A stretch of DNA of 64,000 nucleotides from Octopus sinensis (Eukaryota): the NCBI RefSeq assembly GCF_006345805.1, contig NC_042997.1, positions 122,574,001-122,638,000 of the forward strand, read 5' to 3'. Within the stretch, counting starts at the first letter, position 1. The number at the start of each line of letters is the position of its first letter. Positions 51,222-64,000 of the stretch are shown here, in pieces. Position numbers and translations under genes: made by a program. The notes under the pieces are model-generated. The model was not told the DNA's origin, searched no databases, and was given only the letters and a program-made list of their open reading frames with translations.

Positions 51222-52199
51222 TAAGGGATGTTGGCTATCATGCTTTTCTACATATAGTATACATGTTACATGAACACTGAAGCCTATATGTAAAACAGGA
51301 TTTCTAATATACGTCCGTTATTTGAAATGTAGATGGGAAACGAAATTAAGTGTAATTCACTTTATTTTCTTTGAAAGTACATTAACATTTAAAAAGGTTT
51401 TAATAACCTAATGTAATTTATCGCTTGGTAAATACGTTCGCATTAAAATGGACTATGAGAGTGTTTCTAGGAAAATATTCAGCACATTAAGTTTCTACAG
51501 AACATACAGTTTAGTAGTCGGTAATAGAAACGCGCAGTTGCTCTTTTATAAGAGACAAAATTAATAACAATGAATAAAACACACGCACAATTCTCCATAA
51601 ATGTGCTGAGAATTATTGTAGTTTAGACCTACACCAGTACACGATAATTAATTTATGGACTTCGGTAGATAAAATCAGTCGACCTCGACTTAAAAGCGTA
51701 AGAGTACAGTTTAACCTTTTTTTTCCCAGCATTTGTCCATAGAGCTACAAATATTGGCTATGATATTAGGTCAAAGTCTCAGTTTCACGTTATATTACAA
51801 TCGTTTACATCAACCTATTAAAAAATGGTGGTGCGATTCGTTACCTTTGGAAGGACAAACAGGAAAAAATTGACAGCAGAATAATTTCAACACCCTGACA
51901 TAAATCTAGAAAGCTACAGGTCCGAATATTCGGCATTTTTCAATTACCAACAATATATGATACACTCAGTAAGCAATGTAGGGCAAAAATCTTACGGTAG
52001 TATCCACTTGCTTATGTATTCACATTAAGGGTCCAGTGATAATAGCGTACATTCCTATCATATCTATTTTAACATTAATGTAGTTTACGAACATTTATAA
52101 CGAATTAAGATTTTCCCTTGATATAATAAATTAGTGTCAGGAAATCAACAGAAATTTCAAGAAAAAAATGAATTGTTATTATTCAAAATTTTCACCTGA

Positions 52200-52691
52200 G
52201 CTGGTTTCGATACTTTGAAGCATATATCGTGCTTTCCTCTCATTCGTACTTTCCTGCATGTATCCCATTCCTTCCTTTTTTCTCTTTCTTCTCCCTCACT
52301 CACCCACAACCCATATCTGTCTGTCATAGTGTCTTTTTTGCTCACCCTCTATAACACCGAGAACATTTTTATACAAGCTAATCACTTAATCTACTCCTTC
52401 AACATGAACGCAAAAGTCAAAATAATACCTAGATTTATCTGGGATTATACTTAAGAACCAATATCTTCAGGGAGGTACGGACCAGTTTGCGTGATCTCTA
52501 GAAGAAGATGAGCCGTGAACTTTATTCCCCTGTCTGTATTCTATGTACTGTTGTACTATATTCTTCTATCTAATACTTTATTCCTATATTCCATGCCTAG
52601 AATATTCATACATACTCATCTTTTCCATGATGAGGGAATGTATGGAGATACAAAACTATAAATTGGGATATCCCACAAACAGCTGTAAGAC
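52200..52691 (+). mobile_element. PLE pLTR relic with decayed HHR
   Basis: CT-rich tract, then CCATGATGAGGGA(52625)...TCCCACAAACAGCTGTAAGAC with palindrome ACAGCTGT. Confidence 0.5.
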
Positions 52692-53650
52692 ATCAAATAT
52701 CTCTGGAAAACTATCTGAACCAGTTTTGCTAGTTCCTCTTTACATTTTTTAGGAGTAATCCTGGGAATCCAGCAGAGCCTGAGGCTGAGTTTGAACTAAT
52801 TTCATCACTGGTTGATATCACATCAGTTTTCCCTATTTCGATGCTATCAATACTTACCATTTCATTGTGTAGAGCCTAGCTACTTGCAAATGTCTCAGTG
52901 GAGTGGTGAAAACACTCTTGTATTGCACATTCAGTATCTCACTGATCCTTTGGAGGTCTGTAGTCGTTTAGCCATTTTTCTTTCCAATATTGACCCCATT
53001 TTTACCATACTGAATCAGATTCTTTTATATATGTATAAAAGGCCTTAGGATTTGTCTTGATATTTTTGACAGCCCTGACCTCCTTTTCTATCCTCTCCTT
53101 TTCATGTAAGTGTTTGAGTTCATTTTCAATCTCGAGTAATATTTGTTTGAGATAGAATCGTTTGTTATCCTTTAGTGGCCCATTTAGCCGATCTCAGATT
53201 TTTACTCGTCGTCACATTGGCATCATCCTATTCCTGGGCATTGCATCTTTCTGCTGGTTTGGCATTCTCTCTGGAGTAAACTTAGTGAAGATATCATGCA
53301 TGATCGTCATGAAGTACTGTAGCCTTTTGTCAATATAGAATGAGACTGGCAGTCCAGTTATATTCTGTGACCTCTTTCTTGATACGCTTCCAGTCCGCTT
53401 TGTGAAAGTTCAGGGTGGTGTGGGGTTATGTACTTCTAGTAACATGCATGTCTGTAGTCTTCTGTGGACCATACAATATTAGTTTTATTAAGTTATGGTC
53501 CGAGAAGAACGTTGGTGTTACTTTAACATTATGGATGGGCGCCGTGTTGTTTGTGAAGCAAAGGTCCAGGACATTTCTTCTTCCCTTGTTGCATCAAACA
53601 TCATTTGCTCCATAAAAAGCATGTTAGTGAGGTCAAGCAGAGATTCTGAG
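52692..53650 (-). mobile_element. CR1/L2-group LINE fragment (APE end to RT start)
   Basis: NVLDLCFTNN.APIHNVKVTPTFFSDHNLI; LNFHKADWKRIK; SASGSAGFPGLLLKKCKEELA. Confidence 0.85.
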
Positions 53651-53652
53651 TT

Positions 53653-54049
53653 ACTCTTTTACGCTCTTTTACTTGTTTCATTCATTTGACCGTGGTCATT
53701 TTAGAGCACCGCCTTTAGTCGAGGAAATCGACCCCAGGACTTATTCTTTGTAAGCCTAGTACTTATTCTATCGGTCACTTTTGCCGAACTGATAAGTTAC
53801 GGTGACCCAAACACACCAGCATCGGCTGTCAAGCGATGTTGGTGGAACAAACACAGACACACAATCATATACACGCACATACATATATACGACGGGCTTC
53901 TTTCAGTTTCCCTCTGCCAAATCCACTCACAAGGCTTTGGTCGACACGAGGCTAATGTAGAAGACACTAGCCCAAGGTGCCAGACAGTGGGACTGAACCA
54001 GAGACCATGTGGTTCGTAAGCAAACTACTTACAACACAGCCACTCCTGC
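53653..54049 (-). mobile_element. tRNA-derived SINE family B, short internal microsatellite
   Basis: Same head, CORE-like block and 3' block as the 42569 copy. Confidence 0.92.
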
Positions 54050-56366
54050 ATCTATATATAACAAAATGGAAAAAAAAACTAAGGCAAGAAGTTCTAACCA
54101 CCGCGGATTATATGGTTGCTGCCACAATGTTGAATTGTGAGTTAAATCCAGATAAAGTTTTAGACAGTTAGGTGTAGAACATATTGCTGTACAAACTGGT
54201 GTGAAAATACAAAGCAAATAAACGGATTGTGAGCTATGAATAGATTCAGTTAGATAATGAGATAAAAGGATATAGTACATGAATAGAAAGTTATGTGTGA
54301 GATAGGGAGTTGTACGGATTTCTTAGAATAACTCGTAAATAATATTCTTATGGAAATATGGAGAGCACTGAATATACGTAGTATATTATTAAAGTGGAAC
54401 TGTGTTGCTTTCAAAAAGAATCAGGACAAGTCTGTGTAGTTAGAAGTATGTGGGGAAAAGTCCTCGAAACGCAAAAATTAGTGGAGAGAAAGAGTAGGTA
54501 AATTGTACGGAAAATTAGCCTCATATGTGCATATTGCAATGTTGCAATCTGACGGAAAGTTTCTAATCAAAAATTTTATTGGCAGTTGAGTTCCTTAAGT
54601 TGCAAAGTGAGCGATGTACAATGATTGATATTATATACAGTGTGACGATTTGAATAGATGAAAGATTACTCTTCCCTTTGATGAATATACTTCATATGCT
54701 GAAGAGCGATAGATTAGTTTGTAGTCTGAAAACTGGCTATAACACGTTGCGTGGATATTATAATACACGAAATTCAATCTACTACTCTATTCCATCACTT
54801 GTGCTATTTTTGTGAAGTAATGCAATAAAAGGCGTTTAGAAAATTGGTAGGCATTTTAAAAGAATGAATTAACATAAAATGATAATAGAATTCACTACCA
54901 AAAGAATTAAATTTCACATTGGGTTTTGCAAGTCAAGGCATTCATTCAGTCGAAATTATTTAAGTGCGAATAAAATACGAAAATACAAGGAATTCTAGAA
55001 TGACAATTAAAATAAAGGAAGAGAACACCTACAAAACAATAACTGTGTCTAAATTGAAAAAAACTGAGCAAATGTCATTTAGCCTGCAACAAATATATCG
55101 GATCGAACCCCTTGCAGTTATAATTACGTATTCTCATATTGTAAACAATATCATTTAGATACATTCCAAAGAGTTCACAACTAGTATTTTTATCAATGCC
55201 TAGGCCATTAATAATTCAACAGGTCAGATGTTGAATTATAATGGTCAGAAATATGACAGATGTTTGGATTAGAATATTTAGCAGTACCTTTCTACAAACA
55301 TTTCACCCTTTTCACTTTATATAAAGCAATATCAACCACGTTTCCATTGAAATTCAATCTGGGCATCAACACAAAAATTAAGGTAATAACTCGCTACAAA
55401 CACATAGTGAATCAAATTAAAATCACTTAATATTTTGCTTCTTATTCTATCATACATCTTTTTGTTTTGCTAAATGTTGCAAGTTTTAGCCTGTTATTGA
55501 ATGTTAAATATTTCTAATTCCCTTTTCATCATTCAGATTATTTACACAATCAAATATTTTAAAGACTCAATAGCGGCGTCAAATTAAAATATATTGTCTA
55601 TATTCAAAAATGACTTTTATACAGTATATTTCGACAAGGAATAAAGAATAATTATAGTAAAAATATTGAGAGAATGAATAAATGAATTAATAAAGCCATG
55701 TTGTAACATTTTGTATAAAAATATTTACTGCATAGATTTTACCATCGCATATTGTCTATAACACATATTGTCTACAGATTTATCCACCATATATTGTCTA
55801 CGAATATTTTTGCCTAACATATGGTGGAAGTGGTATTAAGATCTTAAATGTGTATGACATGCTTCGGATAAGGTCCTAATGTATACCATTGCTGCACGCA
55901 ACACAAACATATTTACATGTACGGGAACTATGACTCAAGGTATAACACTTGTTTGGGTTTTATATATAAAAACTGCGCCTATGTTTTCGAGGTACTCAGA
56001 TCTAAATAAGTGGGTTCTTAAGAATATAGCAAGGAAACATTACAAAGATATTTCAATAAATAAAATGAGAGTAGGAAAAGAAGTTAGGATCTTACTAACA
56101 GTTCTAAATAATGTCAAATTAGCGATAAACTTCGCGACTTCCTGACATTATATTTCAGTAAAATTGGTTTACATATATCGTCTTCAGTTCTTGCAATTAA
56201 TGGTGTATCTTATTAAAAAAAATATTACATTGCTGTACAGACATATTCTCTGAATATTTCAAGGCAAATATAATACAAACATATTATATTTCATTAAATT
56301 TGAATGCAATTAAATCTGAAATAAAAAAAAAATTATCGAAAACGATATCTACATACACATATATTT

Positions 56367-56488
<122 letters not shown>

Positions 56489-56704
56489 ATATAGCTTTAT
56501 CTTCTGTATACAAGCATACACACACACGCATACATACGTATATATATGTATATATATATATATATATATACGTATATATAAATGTATGTACATATATACA
56601 TGTATATATGTATATATATATTATATATATTATATATATATGTGTGTGTGTGTATATACGTATGTATATATATGTATATATATATATAATATATGTATGT
56701 GTAT

Positions 56705-57250
56705 GTCAGGTCACTTTCGAGTGCTACTGGTAACATGTAACCCAGTACAACCTGTTGCATGGTCGGGTCGTTGGCGACTAAACCGGCAACCCCACCAAGC
56801 TTGCTTGGTGAGGAGGGTGTTTATTGGACAGCCTGCGGGATGAAAAACGAAACCCTTCAAAGGGTAGAGGAACTCTTGAGAGTCAACGGCCATCCAATAA
56901 ATGCCTTAAGGCTGTATCATGCGCGGGGACATAGAAATAATGGGACTGAATACCCGATCACGCGGTTAAGCCATTGGGAGTGAAGGACTCCTAGCCTTTG
57001 TAAGGGCATCCTTCTAGGAGAAGGTAACTCAGGAAACTGGGATAACTACAACATAAAACCTGCGGTCAGTGGTTACCGATGAGGTTGACTTGTTCTTTTT
57101 TCCGGATTATGGCTGCTGTTGCTTAGTGAGTGGGATTGACTCGGTGTACATCCTTTCCTCACTTTAAAAAAATCTTCTTGCACAGGCATTGCACGATAAC
57201 AACATTGATTAAGCTTCGTGCAATGGCCATACTCGATAACGAGGGGGCAG
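56705..57250 (+). mobile_element. Non-coding interspersed element, possibly RTE-LINE-related
   Basis: GC-richer island between microsatellites; GGCATCCTTCTAGGAGAAGG resembles RTE 5' UTR motifs as I recall them; partial second copy at 11940. Confidence 0.4.
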
Positions 57251-57254
57251 CCAC

Positions 57255-58022
<768 letters not shown>

Positions 58023-58473
58023 CACATCATATATATATATAAAATTCTGTTTGTCTTTGCCTTTTCTTGTCAGAAGTCTATCGAATATTTTCCTTTTCTC
58101 AAATAAGATTACCGATAACCATTTCAGTTATTTCATCTATAATACTCTGACTGACACAACCTGAACATTCTTTTATGAAATGGATTTGTTAATCTTTGCA
58201 ATAGCTGTATGTCAAGACATGAACTGGTTTCAAAGTAATCGTGCAGACTAATCTTCCTCAATGTAATCTCTTGAACATTAAATCTCTTTACGTAGTACGA
58301 GATGTCTATCATAAAAGAATGCAGTTTACTAGACTTAAATGAGTTGAATACTTCTATAAATATGGCTGCATGTTCCGTGCTTCATATACAATTTAAAATT
58401 AGAGTATAGCTTCAAATTTGATAGATACGCACACATATACATTTAGAGGTACACAGATACACACAGATGATAA

Positions 58474-58537
<64 letters not shown>

Positions 58538-60009
58538 TTTATATATATTTATACATAGGTACATAAATATATATTCATATATACATGTACACATGGACAC
58601 TCTCGTATGCGCAAACAGGCACACACACTCATGCACACAAAACACACACACGTATACATACATGTAAATGCATGAAATTGCGTGTGGGCATATTGACATT
58701 TTTCAAACATCGAAGTTAATTGTCTTCTTGTATATTCCTAATTGCATTAGTTTTATTGAACAAATTTCACTTCAAAACATTAAAGCGTTCCTTGAAGGAA
58801 GTCATATTTTTGCAACATTGATATAATTTCAGCAAAAAATTTTTTAGTTCACGAAACGGAAACTAATTCATTAATTCTGGAAATACAGAATGTTTTGTAA
58901 CTGCTTCTAAATAATATACAGCGTGTTTATTTCTTAGTTAACCAATGTAACGAAATGAATATTGTTAGACATTCTGGAAATGTTGATCCTTCTGTAATTA
59001 AACTGCTTTATGGAAACGGATTTTAATGAATTCGTTTATTTTTTATATAAACTGATCACTTCAAGAGAACTCGAATAGAAAAGAAATGGATGTTGATTTT
59101 AAACTGAAAGAAGATATGGTGAATAAAATTTCTTGGAGCGGGAATCGAAACTGATCATTGCTTGGTAGCATAGGTTGCGATATCATAGAGGTTAACGTAC
59201 ATGTAGACATTCAATAAATGAACATCTAAGTGGTCATTTACGATGATAGAATGAAGAGGGATATCTCTGACCAAACAGACCACAACACATTCTAAACATA
59301 CAGCTTCAATGAATAATATACTCTTGAATACATTACGCTTGAATGTTGATGTGATGTCTGTAGCTTGACACCGTTGAAACGTGGAAATTCGATACCGAAA
59401 AATAAACGGAACATCATGTGAATGAAGTAAAAATCAATGATCTGTTTGCACATCAAAATTAGGCAGAGTAAATTCCTAAATAGTAATGCAGATGATAAAA
59501 CACGAAGAACATTATTAAATAATTCATAGGATACCAAAGAAAACCGAACGCAGAAAGCTGAAGTGTTGTAATATTCTTAACTATTATGTCTCAGCACAAG
59601 AATAAATTGTACCAAATGAACTACACCAACTAAAAGTGCAAGTGATTTATGTAAACTACAGAAGAATAAATCAAATATAAATCTGACAATCTAAACAAAA
59701 CATCGTATATTATTAACTACCTAGAATTTATTTTTAATGGTAAACTTTATTTCATTAGCAAATTTCCAATATAATATGCTACAAAGACAACGTAAAGTCA
59801 TAAAGTACGTTACAATATCTCGATGGCTAAAGATAAACTACCTAATAGGTCTGATATCATTACATGTATAATCAACTCGCAAACAAATTTCGTATTATTT
59901 TCTGCTCTAGGCCCAAGGCCCAAAATTTTGGGGAGGACGTCCATACCTATGTGTATATATATACATGCATGCGTATGGGTTTAAATACACAAGTACGCAA
60001 GCCTATATA

Positions 60010-60910
60010 ATAATGGATTCACACAAACATATATATGTACGCACGTGCACGCGTGTGTATATTATATATACTTTTTTCTTTCTTTCTCTCTGATTCATCT
60101 AGCCACACTATCACATTATAGAAACTTTACCATTCTTAGTACTCTTCCCTTCCGTTTTGGGGTTTATTACTCACATTAGAAAACCCATTTCTATAACTTT
60201 TCTCTACCCATCCATTAGTGCAATTCTAACATACCAAACCACCTCTCACCTCACACATATTCATACTTAACCCTGCCTACCTAACACCTACTCCTCTCCT
60301 TTGCTCCTCATAATATTTTGATCACTAACTAACACACCTATGTTCACAACTTTTCTTTCTTACACAATTTTGACTTTGTTTTCCTCTACCTTCCTTCTTT
60401 TCTCACCTTTTTCTTTGACCTCTATCTTCATTTTAACATACACATCTCTTCTCCCTTCTTTATCGACTTAATGCTACGAATACATTGTTAAATTTCATTC
60501 ACACCATAAGAATTTCAACACATGGAATCTACGTCGCTACACATTCCATTTGTGATGACAAAATATGAACTCATATTGGAACTTATATACCACGGACAAG
60601 AAGCATTTCTACCATTTCTACACGTCACATTCCTTGGATAATGGAACTGCAAATTTAACATATTTCTGTATTGCTTGTTTTATTTCTGCATTCATTCTCC
60701 TAATTCCCTATATACGCCTTATAAGCTTCCATTTCTAAAATAACTCTAATAAATTGAAATCTAATATTTTCCTCTATTTATACATCTCACATCATCTTCG
60801 ATGAAATGACATCCAAAATATACCAGAAACAACTGTAAGACTAACATTCTCTTTATAAATGTCCTTAAAATTTCACGAAACCATAGATTTTTTGTCTCAT
60901 TTTATTAACA
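60010..60910 (+). mobile_element. Decayed PLE-like pLTR/3' UTR relic
   Basis: Long C/T-skewed tract, then TCGATGA...GAAACAACTGTAAGAC (60797-60841), ending at (TA)n. Confidence 0.45.
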
Positions 60911-61104
60911 TATATATATATACATAGATATATAATATATATTATATATATATATATAATATATATATACATATATATATATACATATATATATATACAC
61001 ATATATATATATTTGTATTGATGTATACATATATATATAATTATTATATATGTGTGTGTGTGTGAATGTATGTATATATAAATAAAATATATATATATAT
61101 ATTA

Positions 61105-61161
<57 letters not shown>

Positions 61162-61194
61162 ATGACCCAAACTGATCAAAGGGAAAAATATATC

Positions 61195-61390
61195 ACCTTT
61201 AAACTGAGTCTGGACAAAGTACTTCAAGGAATACCAGAGAAGCCTGATACAACTCACTCAATAAGAACTTAGTATTTCAATGAACCATGATACCAGGAAG
61301 CTTGACTTAAAAAGGCTTTAGATAATACCATCACGTGGTACTATTAAGTTAGACATGGCCTGGTCCAATATTTGGTGGAAACTTATCTAA
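61195..61390 (+). mobile_element. 3' end fragment of a CR1/L2-group LINE
   Basis: FKLSLDKVLQGIPEKP parallels FKSRLDLLLSRVPDEP at the end of the 63281 ORF. Confidence 0.55.
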
Positions 61391-61450
61391 GTTATCTTAG
61401 TTTATATATATGTGTGTTTGTGTGTGTGTGTTTTCGAGTGTGTGTGTATG

Positions 61451-61481
<31 letters not shown>

Positions 61482-61638
61482 ATATAATATACATATATAT
61501 ATATAAATATATATACAAATATATATATGTATATTTAGCTATATATATATAAATAGATGTAAATATATATATAAATATATACATATATATGTATGTGTAT
61601 ATATATATATAGACATATATATGTATATGTATATAATG

Positions 61639-61671
<33 letters not shown>

Positions 61672-61789
61672 TATAATTAATATATATATAATATATATAT
61701 ATAAGTGAAAGATGCTAAACCTCAAGATGCATCAAGTTTCTACATGCTTCTTCCTTGCGGTAAGTTCAAATACCTGTAGAAAAAAAAGA

Positions 61790-62650
61790 CCGTGAGGGAT
61801 ATAGAAACGACTATTTTCCTGCATGTTGAAAAATGGATGTTTTAACGAAGCACGTATAATTCACCTCAATAGGAAAAAAGCTGTCAGCGTGTGAGATGAA
61901 CAGAATAGTTTTCTTTCAAATTACTGTGAGTTAATAGTATACTATAGTTTCCATTTTCACTTTGCAATTAAAAAAATCAATCTTGAAAATTAATTTAGTT
62001 GAAATATGTCAGGTATGCCTTTTATCAGAACTATCTTTCCATATTTACTTAAAATATATAAGGTAAAAAATATTGCTTTATTACTCGACAGCAACTTGAA
62101 TTTCAAGAGTTAAACTTAATTCAAAGCAAGAGTGATAGAAAGCTAAAGCCCCTTATTAAATTTTGACATGTTTCTGCCTGGCGGCTTATTAGATTGTGCA
62201 TATATGAACAAGGAGTGGGAGATGGAAGCGACTATTTCCATGCATGTTGAAAATAGATGCTATAATTAAACCTCTATAATTCACCTAGATACGAAAAATG
62301 CTGTCAGCAGGTGAGACGAAAATAATATTATTTTAAAAAATTACTGTGACATAATAAGTGTTCTATTGTTGAGTAGTGTTCCACAGGGCACTGTGTGGGG
62401 ATCACTGCTTTTCGTAGTGGCCCTCACAGATATGGCCTCATTTTCACAGTTAGCCAACCTTGCTAGCTACGCAGACAATACAAAAGTCTCGCAGAAAATA
62501 CAAAACCCTAGCGACTTTGCACGCTTGCAGCAGGAGCTGGACTCAATTTGCAGATGGACTGGTGATAATAATATGCAGTTCAATGAAACCTCTATAATTC
62601 TCCATGATATATAAAAAGCTGTCAGAGGCTGAGGCGAAGAGAATATTTTG
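61790..62650 (+). repeat. Diverged ~145-bp direct repeat (two copies plus a partial third)
   Basis: GACTATTT.C.TGCATGTTGAAAA...TATAATTCACCT...GCTGTCAGC.GTGAGA...TTACTGTGA at ~61809 and ~62230; AAACCTCTATAATTC again at 62586. Confidence 0.75.
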
Positions 62651-62815
62651 GATCACTTCCTGTCGAGAGTCCTAGATAAAACTACCTAGTGGCAGGAGAC
62701 GCAAATAAGTGTAGCGACATCACCAAATATCATCTATCAGAGGAGACGCTCAATAATAGAAGAGTAGCAAAACAGTGGTGCCCCAGCTTGCCCACATATA
62801 TCAGCTGATACTTAT

Positions 62816-62884
<69 letters not shown>

Positions 62885-63553
62885 GAGAGAGAGAGAGAGA
62901 GAAAGAGAAAGAGAGAGAGAGAGAGAGGAGAAAGAGAGAGAGAGAATTCAGTTTAATGGTGAAAACTTCCAAGCCTTGCATCTACCAGCGTGCAAAACTG
63001 AATATATGACTTACAGGGTCCACTGGTCCACGGGGAATTACAATCCCAGATTCTAAATCAGTAATTGACATGTGTATCGACATGAGTGATGATACCTCTT
63101 TCCAAGTGCACATTGCCAGAATGGCGACAAAGTGCAGACAACTGGATGGATGGATCCTGAGAACATTCAGTACTAAAGATAAAGAAACCATGATGGTCAT
63201 TTGATGGGCATTCGGCCACAGCCGCCTGGATTACTGCTCCCTGTTATGGTCAACCAACAGCGTAAAATTAGCAGCGGAACTTGAATCAATCCAGTATTGA
63301 AAGCTACCCTAATGCCAAAATGGGTCGACACTGCATAGTGCCAAACATCCCAAGAATGCCATCGCGTTTCAGGACTAGTTACTGCACCAGCCTGTGTTTC
63401 AGGGGCCCACAGCTTTTTAATATTGTCCTAAAGAACCTTAAGAACCTGCACAAAGTATATGTAGGTTTTTTTAAATCAAGGCTGGACCTCCTTCTGTCGA
63501 GAGTCCCAGATGAACCTACCACACGGCAGCGCCGGACGCGAACGAGCTACTGA
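62360..63553 (+). mobile_element. CR1/L2-group LINE 3' half, interrupted at 62586-62948
   Basis: SSVPQGTVWGSLLF, SYADNTKVS, MQFN | QFNGENFQAL, WILRTF, GRHCIVP, GPQLFN, VPDEP. Confidence 0.9.
62810..62945. repeat. (TA)n(GA)n microsatellite
   Basis: Direct reading. Confidence 0.95.
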
Positions 63554-63616
63554 CGACGACTTCACGCTGCCGCGCTGCCGGAAAAGCACTATACATACAT
63601 ACATATATACATACAA

Positions 63617-63677
<61 letters not shown>

Positions 63678-64000
63678 TATATATATATATGAATATGTAT
63701 ATACATATATAGTTTACTGCTCCAGGTGTATATATATACATACACACAAACACACATTAATAAAAAAAAAAAGGATAGACAACTTCATGCTGAAGTACCT
63801 ACGTGCGTTTCAACGCTATGGCTTTTCGGAGATCTGCGATGGATGTTTCAAATGTTTATAGACGTCCACTCACAATCAATTTTCAGAGAACACTTTCTTG
63901 TGTCAAATTACAGATATCTATGGACATTTTATCGTATCAAGTTACGGATAACTTCATTTATAGTTAACTGTAACTTGATATAATAATGTGTTGTTTGTGG

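Overview
AT-rich, microsatellite-dense eukaryotic genomic DNA, not prokaryotic. The repeat repertoire is what I associate with octopus or other coleoid cephalopod genomes; this is inference, not tested. I found no host protein-coding exon with confidence, and most listed ORFs are microsatellite or antisense-to-repeat artefacts. The window is dominated by mobile-element sequence. (1) A young, 5'-truncated Penelope-like element (PLE) of Naiad type at 21707-26768 has RT plus GIY-YIG with one frameshift, ~945-bp near-identical inverted pseudo-LTRs, and a hammerhead-ribozyme (HHR) motif in each. (2) An older Neptune-type PLE lies at 13491-15400, and several decayed HHR-bearing pLTR relics are scattered elsewhere. 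(3) There are five CR1/L2-group LINE fragments, three mariner remnants and three tRNA-derived SINE families. The most interesting signals are a size series of microsatellite-anchored, asymmetric inverted-arm insertions (0.25-5 kb) that share the PLE architecture, a young non-coding 780-bp head-to-tail element (44182-45461), and a mariner derivative built from two inward-facing 5' ends.
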